From: Eledone cirrhosa | Lineage: Eukaryota | Assembly (NCBI GenBank): GCA_964016885.1 | Contig: OZ024740.1 | Span: 248,806,001 to 248,870,000 of the forward strand | Direction of reading: 5' to 3' | DNA: 64,000 bases | Part shown: positions 50,414 to 63,078 of the stretch, one piece after another | Numbering within the stretch: the first letter of the stretch is position 1 | How the letters are laid out: the number at the start of each line of letters is the position of its first letter | Translations under genes and position numbers: made by a program | The notes under the pieces: model-generated | The model's database searches: none | The model's input: only the letters and a program-made list of their open reading frames with translations | What the model was told of the DNA's origin: nothing

Positions 50414-53400
50414 TAATTAATATAAAAGATGTCCGTCAATGTAAAAAAAGGTCCCTATTTACTTGAAATGGTTTATACAAATGCCAAATTAATATGAATA
50501 TGGATAACATGCTTATCTATAAGTGGTCAGCTATAATAATAAAACAACAAATTATATGACACAAAAATGTATTCACTAATTTACAGGCTCTTGGCCACTG
50601 AGTAATAGACAGTCAATATTGCCCAGAGTTCAACTCAGGGAGGTGGCCTGGTTTGAACTCCAAATGGCGGATCCTTCTACTTCGAAAATAGAATCGTTTT
50701 TCAATATTACTCTAGCCCTGGCCGGCCATAGGCACAACACTTTTTGCCAGACTCAGCATATGATGAGGTTTTATTACCACCGTTATCAGAAGCGATAAAT
50801 TTGAAGGCAATTTCTACCAATACTTGTTGGTTTTTATTGCTCATTATCGACAATAAATGACATTGAACATAAATAATAACTCTGTCAAAGCTCACAATAC
50901 TGATCAAAGGACACCAATGTCCGAATCATTTACGTCGCTTATTGATAGCATTAAAGATATGCATACATCAGCTCAAAGCTTCATTATAGACAATATTCAG
51001 GGTTGTTCCTCTGTTAGTGGTATCAATTGCAAATTTTATACCATCAGGATCGCACACTCGAGATGCAGCAACATACAGTTGCCCATGGCTAAATGCTGGA
51101 TCATTCAAGTAGACACCGACTCGCTTGAAAGTCTGTCCCTGTGCCTTGTTGACAGTCATGGAGAAGGCCAAATTGACGGGAAACTGTCTCCTTTGCCAAA
51201 TGAATGGCATAAGATCTTCACTTGGTCTCAGCATGATCCTCGGAATGAGAACCGATTCCTCTCTGCCTGGGAGTTTAGCTTCTAAAACTCTTCCGTTAAT
51301 CAATCTCTCAACAATCAATATGGTACCATTGCAAAGACCCATTTTATGATTTATATTTCTAAGCAATATAATCGGCATACCCTTTTACAACCTCAAAATA
51401 TGTGGGGGGAAATCCGGGTATTTGAAGTGAATTCAGATACTCAGTCGGAACATCCATATTGTTCTGCTGATTAGGCTCCATTGCATCCGCACTGACGGTC
51501 AACCATTCCTCTCCAGGAAACATTCCGGCTACTTGTGAATTTATTTCATCGACCGTTGCATTCGTATGAGTTAGAATAATGCGTTCCGATATCCAGGAGA
51601 TATTCTGCCAAAAAGCATTCAAATTAGGGAACACCCAGTCAATCAATGCTTGGCGGTCCAGTGGCATGACCAAATGGTCTGAGATTCTTACAGTCTGATT
51701 ATCACCAACGTGTGGCAATTCTTCGTTTCCCAACTGCATCAACCATTGGCCGTATGTCTCAGCCTCTTCGTTTTGCCCGAACATACGAAGTCACATATTA
51801 TCGTGTAATCGCAAAAACTCTGAAATGGCGCCACAACGGGGACTTTTTCAGATATGCATCGACAATTTGAGCTCTTTGAGCATTCCTAACAATTGGTAGC
51901 ACCTGTCTGAAATCGCCACCAAGAACGATAGTCTTACCACCGAATGGCAGGTCACTACCACATATATCTCTCAAAGTTCTGTCCAATGCCTCCAGCAAAT
52001 ACCCGTGTGCCATTGGAGCCTCGTCCCAAATAATCAGAGACGTATTGCGTATAAGGCCCGCGAGTTCACTTTGTCCTGTAACGTTACAGACACTCAACTC
52101 ATCCGGAGCCAATGAAGCCTTGAAGCATGAGTGGAAGGTCCTTCCACCACTCAGCAAAGTGGCAGCGATCCCACTGGTGGCTACAGGGAAAGCAATCAAT
52201 ATGCCGATAACATAGTGTTGAAACAGAATGTCTTTCTGGTGTCTCCTGGAGCATCTATGAAAGCACAAAGTTGCTCATTAGTGGAAATCGAGTGGAGAAC
52301 GCCATCGACCAATTCTCTCTGAGATTGGGTCAACATTGGCATACGTTCATCCACAATACGTTGCTGTTCCAGTGGATCAAACTGGAATAGTTCCCTCCGA
52401 TCGAGTGGCAACCGTCTAAGCTGCAATCTCATGTTCAATGCTAAGACACGTTGCCGCATTTCTTCATCAGGAATTGGCAAATTGAAATCTGTTAAACATT
52501 TGAAATGAACTTCAAGCAGTTGCTCAGTATTGAGCAAAACAATAGCTTTCATCAAATTTTCATCATCGACCTGAAGATGATGCCTAAAATCATCAGCCAT
52601 AATTCCCCAATGGCGTTCAAATAACTCTCTTGGATCGGCAGAATTGCAGAATCCTAGAATCGTGACAAACAACTGCCTTATTTGAGCTGGCATATGTGTT
52701 GTTCCTGCAGCTTCCATGGCGTTATTCCATTCAGCGTCATCCTGAAGGAGTCCCAGATGCTGACATACAGCCTGGTATGTTTCATATTCCACGCCATTGA
52801 TTGTTTTCAAATCAGCGAAGCTCTGTTTACCTCTCGAATAATCATTATGCAACAGAATTTGGCGATAAAACACATCACCAGATGCTGGATGGACATTACA
52901 AACCCGTTCAATAGTCATGAATCTCAACTTTTGTTTTCTATCATTCCATTTCTTTCCCTTCTTATCCCACGTATAGTGAGAAGGGAAATCGCAGTAGAGT
53001 TGCCTTTGATCCGGGTTCAAAGCATGTTCCCTATTATGCTTGAACCACTCAGTCAATTCCGTCTTAGGAGGTAGTGCGTTAGCAATTCTTTCGACACCTC
53101 TTCTAGTGTCCTGAAAACAGACCATTTGCCTATTCTCTAAGTGAACCGTCAGTTTCTGAACGCTGGGTTTGCGTTCATTGAGATCAAAATCGAACAATCT
53201 CCAACAAGCTTTGCTAGATCCAATCGAGCGAACATCCTGGAACCTGCCAACTTCATCTCCTTGGTTCGCTTCCTCATTCCTGACATTGATCATTGCCCGA
53301 TCAGGACCTTTGTAAACATATTTGAATAGATATTTGCAAGCTTTCACTGAGCTACAAATTTCCACATTAATATGACAACGATATTTCATAATCAAATATG

Positions 53401-56025
53401 GATTGTATGGCACAACCCATTGATTTGTAACCTGTCGACCGTTTACATTTTCGACCAAACCGCCATCTGCAGGCGACCGTCTTCTGTATGAGGGATGAGC
53501 ATCCCCATTGTTCCAGGAAGTGTTCGTGACAAAAGATTTCGGAAAGTGCTTACTGCATTGGCCATTTTTCATGCAAGGCGCTTTCCGATTTGCCACTCCG
53601 CATTGGTTGTGCACCATTGACTTTGCCACCAAGTTGCGTAGTGCCTCATTCTCCAGCAGTTCAGCACACACAATGCTGTCGACATCCTCAGCACATCTCA
53701 ATTTGCAATCTCTATGTAAAATGATCAGCAAATGTGCATGTGGCAATCCTCTTTTTTGGAATTCAATTACGTATGTAAAAGCAACTATACCTCCAAAGAT
53801 TCCCTCTTTTTCCACATCATCCATTATCTTTTTCAGATATCCTTTGAATACTCTTGCCACAATATCAGGACGGTCCTTTGGCTGTTCTCCTGGCAAAAGT
53901 GCATCCTTAATATCAGTCCATTCAGGATTGCGTGTAACGGTTATAAACAAATCTGGCTTTCCAAACTTTCTGACAATAGCCATTGCATCCTGATAGCGAA
54001 TGTTCATATATCTCGGGCCGCCGATGAACGACGATGGTAAAATGGTGCGTCGACCAATTTGCTTGTAATTGGCATGATCGGCTGTTATCGCATCCTGTAT
54101 ATTATTATACAATTCAGCTCTGATATGTTCCTGATGTGTAGCTATATAATTTAGCCTTTGATTTTCGATCTTTGCGAATGCCATACAACAGTATTCCTGG
54201 AACAATCTGCTGGCTTGAAATAGCGCATTTCTCTGTTGATTCCTCTCGTTCAAATGGAACGCCTAAAAGTCGCGAATCGAATTATTGTGTCTATTGCCAC
54301 CTCCCTGTTGATGCTGATTCTCATGATCATCTAAATGAACAGACATGTTCCATCCATTTTCACCTTTTGGGAATAAAAGAACATAATGCAATGGATCGTA
54401 TGCCCTATTTGACTCATTGATAGTCTTGAGACCCCCATCTCTGCGATTGAGGACGATATCTCTCGATCCAGGCTTATCGTCCATCAACACAGCAACTTCA
54501 CGAAATCCTTCAGGGGCATTATATCGCCGTTCGTTTTGATTCCTTGGCACTGCGTCAGCCTTAATCACCAATGTTTGCTGCTGAACATTTTGCAGTTCAG
54601 CCACCAACATGAAATCCATAACATGAGGATTACACTGTCTAAGCCATGATTACAAATCGCGGATCAAATCACTTAACCTTTGCCGTTCAAGTTCAGTTAT
54701 ATTTCCCGGCAACTTCATCCAACCGATCCTGATATCCTCCTCCGATTCACTATAATCTGGATCGTTAACGTAAATTTGAACATTCGGTTGCCATGCTCCA
54801 CTCTCAAACATCTCACTAACTCTCTGCGATGCTAAAGCTAACGAATTGTTAATTTGCCGCGAATATTTGCGCAGTAATCTACCTCGGTCTCCTTGATCAC
54901 CCCACACACTTAGTATTTTAAACTCCAGTGATCTGCCAGCATTCGCAAGGGTTCTAGTTGAACTGCTCCTTTATGACAGCACATTGTGGTCCACGTCTTT
55001 TCGTGCCTCCAAAGCAATGCTCCACAATGTGGACACTCTGTTTGTCCACCAATCTGAAAATGACACGTTTACCATGATCCATTTTTAATATCATTCGTTC
55101 GCCTTCTAGCCTCTTTACTGGAATGAGGAGCACTTTGGCGAAGAATTCTCTGAACTTCTGTATTGCGCTGGCGCTGTTCAGCCAACTCCTCTTCATCCAT
55201 CGCAGCACGCCGTCGCTGCCTGGCTCCAGTGTTTCGTTGGCGTTGATCAGCCAGCTCCTCTTCATTCATGGCGGCACGTCTTCGCCTCTGAAGTTCGGCG
55301 TTCCGATGGCGCTGCTCGGTCCGTTTTTCTTCATTGCTGGCTGCACGCCGTCGCCGCTGTAGTTCACTGTTTGTTAAAGTCGAATAGATTTTATTATCAG
55401 TATTCATTTCGAGCAATTGTCAAAATATGACACAATAATAAATATAAAAGATATTCGGCAATGTAAAGAAAGGTCCTTATTTACTCCCTTCACAACTCTG
55501 TGTATGTTAGACTCACAGACAGGCACACAGACAGATAAACTGCGTTGCGATTGTAGAACGCCACACACATACACGCATGGAAACGCGCACACGCACGCAA
55601 ACTTACAGACGCACACACTCACACATGTTGATAGTTTTTACTTTCTGTGGAACGCTGCACGCACGCACACACACACAAACATACGCGCACGTACATACAC
55701 ACGCACACATGTTAATAGTTATTGAACACAGCGTTCACACTCTCCCCTCTCACTCCCTCATTGGCATTATGCATATTACTTTCAGTTTGGCGTCGTTGAG
55801 GTGGGCGGAGTCGTTTGAAACCTATGAACCAATGATAATCGAGAATTATGACACACGGAATACTGACGTTCTTGAAATGAATAAATAGATATATATATAT
55901 ATGTGTGTGTGTGTGTAAACCAGCGTTCATCGCCATTCTCTCTCTCTCTATCTGAATATCTTGTACCTCTCTCTGTATAACGGCCTATCTCACTCTCTCT
56001 CCCTCTCCCTCTTTAGATGTATATG

Positions 56026-56066
<41 letters not shown>

Positions 56067-56249
56067 AGTTTTCGTGCAACCAATATTTATCTAGGGGCCG
56101 CATTAGACAAAACCTTGAACATTTTATGAGTCCATAAAACTCCTGGGAACATAACGCATGTTTGTCCCAAATTTGAAGAAAATCGGTTGCAAACTGTAGA
56201 GGTTATGTGGGTACTGACATACACACATCCTCAGTTTTATATATATAGA
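50414..56249 (-). mobile_element. Helitron 3 with near-complete RepHel
   Basis: 5' end TCTATATATATAAAACTG at 56249 resembles Helitron 1; no own CTAG end is visible and it abuts the short Helitron. Confidence 0.88.
50968..55416 (-). pseudogene. Helitron RepHel (frameshifted; 685-aa open Rep segment at 52196-54253)
   Basis: 23-aa N-terminal repeats, [67 protein letters not shown]. Confidence 0.93.
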
Positions 56250-57132
56250 CTGCAGTTTATCCCGGCGTTGCACGGGTAAGAACATTGGTAATAGCACCTC
56301 CAATGAGAAACGTTTATTTGTGAGTGCCTGTTAAAAACTCACGAAAATATACCGACAGGAAACTTGTATTATTTGGAGAAAATTAAGAAGTTGAAAGTAC
56401 AGTTTAGCTGTCTACGTGCATTGTTCATAGAAATATTGTTGAGCCCCTTCTTTTCATACTCCTCTGTTTTGGCATTTTGGAGTAAATGTGAAAGAGAAAG
56501 TCACAGGTTAAGTTCCCAGAAGGTTCCAGTATCATAGCAGTAAGGTGTAGGCTACTTAGCTCAAAAGTTCATTCGCACTCTTTCCACTAAGTTACTCTTT
56601 CTCTCTATCCCTGTCGGTGAAGTCCCTTGCGAATTTCTCGCGTAGGCCTGGTGTAGATTTGCACCCGATCCATCTGCCCGATGCACATGTCCGCTTTGTA
56701 CGGCTTTTGGAGGAAGGAGTGACCAGCAGTACGTTGTTCGGTATTATTACGAAAAGGTGTAGCAGAGAATCCCACGTGAATTAACAGCTCGGGAGAAAAC
56801 TGCTTACTTCGAAGATTCATTTGCCATCGTTCTTGTCAATGCTCCGTTTAGTTGGTATTTGTTGGTCTACAGTTAGATGAATGGCGCATAAAGGGTTAAT
56901 GTTTATTGGCAAGAAGTGCAGCTGGCTACTATATATATATATAACGAAGGAAATGTGGTAAGGAACCAGGTGGACCATAACGCACCAAAGTACTCAATAC
57001 TTAGGGTAGTAGAGTGGGTAATAGGAACGAGTAGGACCCCGACGGCTGAGCTCAAGCCGTTTCGACGGCTAATTCTGGACCAGAATTAGTCGTCGAAACG
57101 GCTTGAGCTCAGCCGTCGGGGTCCTACTCGTT

Positions 57133-57167
<35 letters not shown>

Positions 57168-57816
57168 AAGGCGGGTAAAATTCCCGAGATCCATGGACGA
57201 GTTCTCTCCAGCGGTCTCTGTCCCTCATTATCGCTGCCATGTCCTGCATCTCCAACAGACCAGTGTCTGTCCTTAGGGCATCAACATACGTTAACCTTGG
57301 TCTTCCTCTTCTAGTGTCCATGTGAAGACTAAAATCCAAAGAGGGCTTGATAAGGATAAATATATATTAAATATATAAGAACCCTAGAACAAATATTTAT
57401 TAAAATAACAGATTAAAGTTTAAGCAAAGAATCGGTGCTTCAACCCTTAACGGGATCTTCTGAAACAAAAAACATCAATCTGTGAACGCAGTACTTTGGT
57501 TCATGAAGATGTTCCCTTGCAATGAACGGATAATAGCGAACATAATACATCATCAATGTTCGTCAAAATGTCGTAATGCAGACAGCAGGCATACAGACAG
57601 ATATTATAAGTGCGCGACGGAGATGGATAACCAGTGCCTAACACCCCTTTAGCAACAGAAAATTGAAAAATAAAAGCTGCAGTTAATATCTTTAGATCGC
57701 AAGGAATATATAAATGCAAGTTTGAAGTCAATCGGAGTAGAAATGTGGATTTGTATAGACTTTGCAAAAATGAGGACACACACACACACAACATCAGTTT
57801 TATATATATGTATAGA
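56250..57816 (-). mobile_element. Probable non-autonomous Helitron carrying nested insertions
   Basis: Minus strand 5' TCTATACATATATATAAAACTGATG at 57816; 3' hairpin CCCGTGCAACGCCGGG and degenerate end CTGCAG at 56250. Confidence 0.55.
57021..57137. repeat. 117-bp near-perfect palindrome made of two HHR 3' halves
   Basis: 58-bp arms, 1-nt centre (57079), one mismatch; each arm reads GAAAC-GGCT..AGCC-GTC-GGGG. Confidence 0.9.
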
Positions 57817-58000
57817 TAACCGGATGATTCTCGGCTGAGGAGTTTAAGAATAATGTAAATAAAGTTGTTAAACGGAAATAACAGAGGTTATTAAAATAGT
57901 AAAAGTAAATAATAGTTAAGATTTAAGCCAGTACATAAGTATGCGCCGAAGCATACATATGCATACATATACATATACATACGCACACACAAATATACTT

Positions 58001-58032
<32 letters not shown>

Positions 58033-58399
58033 GTGTATATATATATGTATATCTATATAAAAACAAGATGTATATATATAAAAAAAACAAGATAGCGTAG
58101 GACAGAACAAAGGAGAGGCACAAAAACAAAGAAAAGAATCCCCAGTCACTGAAGAGGTCACAGAATGTGTGACGAAAGAACTTTGACAATATATGAACAA
58201 TCGTCTGGTTGTGGAACCAACCAACCAACCGGAAATTTATAAATTCCTAAATTTATAATAAATTGAAGTGAAAGCAACTGGTGCGTATGTTTCTTATTGG
58301 CAACATGACCCTCACAAAGTATAACAATATCGGTTTCAACACACGTTTTCAGATAAAGAATCTTGCTAAACAAATTTAGAAACGAAATATATATATATG

Positions 58400-58541
<142 letters not shown>

Positions 58542-58547
58542 TATAAA

Positions 58548-59192
58548 CGGAAAAAATGAAACGAAATCTCATTTCCCACTCTTAGTACGGCTGTTACTTA
58601 AATATAAGTATGTACACGTACATACATATATGTATACAGACGTACAGTAGTATGTATATATATATACATACATGTACACATATATATATGTACGTATGGA
58701 TTCACCGAACATTGATTATAATGCTCGGTGTGTTTGTAAACAAACATCCCGAATTAAGCCGTAGTGTCCAGCAACCATCGTTGCTCGTTTGTTCAACACT
58801 GACAAAGGAACGCTGTACTAGTTTCAAGCTTATTAGCTATCGTCAGCAACGTATACCTTCCTGCCAGATTGTTGAACGTATATACTTACCTTATGCATAT
58901 TAACGGCTGAGTAGCCCAATTTGCATATCGAGTGGGTTAATCGGCCGGGTGCACCTAAAACGATAAACGGAAAAAATGAAACGAAATTTCCTTTCCCACT
59001 CTTAGTACGGCTGTTACTTAAATATAAGTATGTACACGTACATATATATATGTATACAGATGTACAGTAGTATGTATATATATATACATACATGCACACA
59101 TATATGTATGTACGTATGGATTCACCGAACATTTATTATAATGCTCGGTGTGTTTGTAAACAAACATCCCGTATTAAGCCGTAGTGTCCAGC
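58548..59192 (-). mobile_element. 420-bp HHR repeat, about 1.5 head-to-tail units
   Basis: CGGAAAAAATGAAACGAAAT at 58548 and 58968 (period 420); near-identical to 21110-21540; bounded by (TA)n. Confidence 0.88.
58811..58851 (-). ncRNA. Type I hammerhead ribozyme, intact core
   Basis: Identical to the motif at 21375-21415. Confidence 0.88.
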
Positions 59193-59297
59193 ATATGTGT
59201 ATATATATATATATATAAAATTGAGATGAGCGGAACAAACAAACATTAAACAATCTTTTAAATAAATTAAAATAAGTGGTAACGCAACAGTTAGTTC

Positions 59298-59355
59298 ACC
59301 ATACCGAGAACAGTTGTTTCACCTTAGCGGATCTTCAGTTAGTACTGGTCATGGT
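59298..59355 (-). ncRNA. Type I hammerhead (3' pseudo-LTR)
   Basis: CTGAAGA-TCC GCTAA GGT-GAAAC-AACT-GTT; proximal stem I damaged, distal ACCAT/ATGGT pairs. Confidence 0.65.
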
Positions 59356-60319
59356 TATACGGAACAAGAAGAACAACCGTATGAACGCGCATGCGCAGAA
59401 ACGGTCACTTCACCTAAGCGATGCAAAGCCACGGGAAAAAGGTGTAAGTGAGATAACTGCAAAAGTCGGAAAAAATGTTCGAGTTGATAAGAAAATTAGA
59501 ATGTTATTGTTATTCAATCCGGAGTTTTGTAGTTATGCAAGAGATGTTTCCAGACATGTGCTCAACCTGAGAAGATTTCATTTAGGCAATCGCTATTGTG
59601 TAATCTTAGAATATTTATCCTTTCTTCAATACACAGTCCACACGACGGATTGCCCCTAGCGTATGGCTTGGACTTGGTGATGGCTTTCCATTGAATGGAG
59701 TAGTCTATACCCGAGTGCTTGGGGGACCATACGTTTCTCGCGAGTTTCGTGGCTGATCGTTTGTCCGGGTACCTAAAGGTCGACTGATGGATCAGGAAGC
59801 GTTCCTTAAATCGGCTCTCCGCCATACCATATAGGATTTGGCTTCCTGTGGTTGATTTGGTCAGTCGGAAGTGACCACAGCTTCATAAACTACAGCGAGT
59901 GTGTTGCATTGCTGTTGAAGGAAACACGCGTCAGGCTTTCGGCATGAGCATCCTGGTGGGGTGCCGCTCTTAGGACTGTTGGTGATGTGGGCCTTCATAT
60001 TCTTAGCACAGGAGTACCCTAGTTTTACTCTGAGTCTGTTAAAGATGGAGTGGTATTTGTGAGCTATGGGAAAGTCTTTATCTAAGAGGGCTAAACATTT
60101 TTTTCCTACACTAGTTTTAACGTTGAGTGAGAAGGGAGGAGAGAACCAGATAGTTTGTCTATTGTTGCACTTTCTTTTCTTATTGCTGTTGTTGTTAGTG
60201 GGGGAGTAAGTAATTGGTTGCGAGAAGCCGCTGTTAACTAACGTCGTGTTGTAGTAGGGTGCTGCTCTGTCAAAGATAGCCTGATGAGGAGAGGTTAGAG
60301 ATTCTAGTACTGATATTAT

Positions 60320-61150
60320 TTACGAAGTTTCTAAAAACAGTAGGGGGTGGCATGAGTCCTTGTGTATGTAATTAAGTTTTTCGTTTAGCTTATGGAAGTG
60401 TCTGTATGTGTGTGTGCGAAGGTCTAAATTAATGTCTAAGAAATCTACGCTAGAGAGGTTGGTAGCTACTGTTATCCTAAGTCCTAACTCATTGAAGGTA
60501 GAAGCTAAGTCTTTTTTAAACCGGTCCAAGTCGTGACCACTTGTGTGGCTCGATAAGGTCAGGCCATCGTCACGGTATATTCCCGTGTGGAAGTCCGGGA
60601 ATCTAACACGTAATATATCTAAAATGAATAGGCCAACCAAGTCGCATACGTCAGCACTGTCAAACGATCGCATGGAGACCTCGAAAAGTTCTGAAGTGGT
60701 TGACTTCTTTGTCCAGGCTACTCCGTTGTTGAAGAGGAGGGTTTTCTGGCAGTGTGCGATGATTTCCCTGTCTAAAACATGGACGGTAGTGTAAGTGGTA
60801 GCAAAGTCCAACGCTATGTTTAACAGGGTCTCTGAGATCGACGGGTAAAAATCTACCATGTCGAACTGTGTGAACTTCGCTTTTTTGGAGTTGAAGGAGT
60901 TAAACCACTTAATGATGGAGTCGCTGTTCTCCCACTGGGGCAGGTTGGACTTGGTCCTAATGGTCTTAACTATGTTTCTAAGTATAGCCTTCCTGACTAG
61001 TCCCATATCCGTGCGTGCCGGGTTTAGTAGTCTACACGTGGGATTAGAAGCAAAGTCTACTTTGTGATCTTTCAGGGTGAGGAACGCCTCCCGCTTAGCT
61101 AAGCATTGTAGCTTCTTATCTACCTTAAGGGTGGCAGCAAGGTCTTTCAC
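60320..61150 (-). pseudogene. PLE reverse transcriptase (276-aa open segment)
   Basis: RT motifs as listed for the element; frameshifts on both sides. Confidence 0.9.
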
Positions 61151-61349
61151 TTCAGAATTGATGTTGTGCTAGGCCATGGGGTTAGCCTTCTTATATTTAG
61201 AGGTAATAGCGTTATGTGCCAATGGCTGTAAGTAGTGTTGTCGACTTCGTAAACCTTATTGGTTTTGTCAGAAAGAACGAAAGTGTTAATAGAAGACCTA
61301 AATTTCTTAATATTTAGGTCTTCCAATAACATTTAGCGGATCTTCAGCT

Positions 61350-61387
61350 CGAGCTGAAGATCCGCTAAGGTGAAACAATTGTTCTCG
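61350..61387 (+). ncRNA. Type I hammerhead (inverted 5' pseudo-LTR)
   Basis: CGAG-CTGAAGA-TCC GCTAA GGT-GAAAC-AATT-GTT-CTCG. Confidence 0.8.
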
Positions 61388-61491
61388 GTATGGTGAACTA
61401 ACTGTTATGTTACTACTTCTACCAAACTCGTCCCATGGACTGAGTGCTTTACCACTACGGATATTACCTTCCAGTGTTCTACCTCTCTCTC

Positions 61492-61553
<62 letters not shown>

Positions 61554-61720
61554 CGCAATACTTGTCTCATATGAAATAATACAGCCAATTTTCCACGTAA
61601 TACTTTTAGTTAGCACCGCGAACGCATAATTGGGAATATAATCACTTATTTCCTAATGTTTGTTGAGTGAGTTGGAATTTGGCCGGAGTATCGCTAAAAA
61701 GCTTTCTCCGATATTGTATT

Positions 61721-61762
<42 letters not shown>

Positions 61763-61805
61763 GCATATATACACATATACATACATACACATGACTGCTA
61801 TTTAA

Positions 61806-61835
61806 CACCCGAGCAACGCCGGGTATCTCTGCTAG
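61806..61835 (+). other. Helitron 3' terminus (hairpin plus CTAG^T)
   Basis: ACCCGAGCAACGCCGGGTATCTCTGCTAGT, similar to 20757-20786. Confidence 0.75.
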
Positions 61836-61859
61836 TTGTATATATAATTAAGCACTTTA

Positions 61860-62870
61860 ATAAATGTGGCGATGCTGCTGTTCTAAGAATCCGGAATAAT
61901 GACCAATATAATGGAGTCAATAAGTTTGTAACAGGGTGCTATCTCAATAGTAATGAGGCTGCATGGAAAATCCTTCAATTTAATATTCAGATGCGATACC
62001 CAGCCGTTCACCAATTGGATATACATTTAGAATATGGCCAAAGAGTGTATTTCACCAGTAATAACGTCTTTAATATCATTCTTCAAATCGAACGAAACTG
62101 ACGAATATACAAGATGTTTCTTATATAAGGACATTCCATCTCATTATACCCTTACTTCCAATAAAATATAGAAAAGAAGATTGAATGATAGATTTGTGCA
62201 AACATGTTCTAGAATTTACACTGTACCACCTAATCAAACAGAATATTGTCTCAGATTATTGCTGAACATAGTTAGAGGTCCAATATTTTTTAGAGACGTA
62301 AAAACACACGAGGGTATTGTCTATAATACATTTAGAGAATCATGTTTGGCAAGGGGATTGTTAGAAGATGACAATCATCTAAAACTAGCACTTAGAGAAA
62401 CTGTTTCTACCAAACTGCCATGCCAGGTGAGATACTTATTTGCAATAATTCTAATTCATCATTGCAATCCTTTTGGTCCTGTAGTATTATATGAAGAATT
62501 TAAACAACCAATGTCAGTTGATATTCTAAATCAATTGACAATACGAAAAAATATATGACAATAAGAAAAAAATATATGAAAAATATTGGAGATCTTTTAT
62601 ATGAAATAGGACAAACGCTTTGATTGAAATAGGACTACCTGAATCAACTTATCAAGAACTAGAAGTAAACAATATTGGAAGAGTAAATGAACACTTAGAA
62701 ATAAGAAACTTTGTAGATGTGAATGAACCATTGTTAAATGAAGAACAAAGACTTATTTACAATACAATCAATGATTCAATAACCAATAGAAATGAACAAA
62801 CATTATACTCTTTTTAAATGCGCCAGATGAAACTGGAAAAACATTTTTGATCAATCTTCTATTAGCAAAC
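61860..62870 (+). pseudogene. Decayed Helitron RepHel fragment
   Basis: YLNSNEAAW.I, HLEYGQRVYF, LRLLL.IVRGP..F, TFRESC..RGLLEDD, LNAP..TGKTFLINLLL. Confidence 0.85.
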
Positions 62871-63027
62871 AATAAAATGAATGGTTATGTGTTGGTGTTA
62901 TGGTAGCACAGTGGTCCGGATAATCAAAGATGTGGGTTCGACTGCCATATACATATAAAGCATAGATTTCTATGTTTTATAAGTTCATTCTGTCATTACA
63001 ACAACAGAGTCGGGCCAGATCGATATA

Positions 63028-63078
63028 GATCGGACCTTGAGCTGATCAATAGCGAAACGCGCGTCACTGATCAATAAA
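63028..63078 (+). ncRNA. Degenerate type I hammerhead
   Basis: GATCGG..CCTTGA (core damaged)-GCT GATCAAT AGC-GAAAC-GCGC-GTC-ACTGATC-AATAAA. Confidence 0.55.

Larger units (their letters stand above)
59250..61420 (-). mobile_element. Penelope-like element (Naiad-like) with a 3' pseudo-LTR and an inverted 5' pseudo-LTR
   Basis: SDKT, TLKDHK..F..NPTCRLLNP, QFD..DFYPSI, GIYRDD, WFSPPFS, CSC....C, VVY..Y.G, FKERF..H, CGLC..E; an HHR at each end in opposite orientation. Confidence 0.92.

Noticed and set aside
59340-59515. SECIS element downstream of the Naiad-like ORF
   Set aside because: RUGA motifs are present, but I could not build the RUGA-helix-AA-helix-GA structure by eye; left for a computational search.
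59861-59863. Second in-frame TGA in the Naiad-like element as Sec
   Set aside because: It lies in a variable loop of the GIY-YIG domain, not at a conserved Cys; probably decay.
60281-60330. CTGATGA as a hammerhead core
   Set aside because: It is antisense to PLE coding sequence, with no stem II or GAAA partner.
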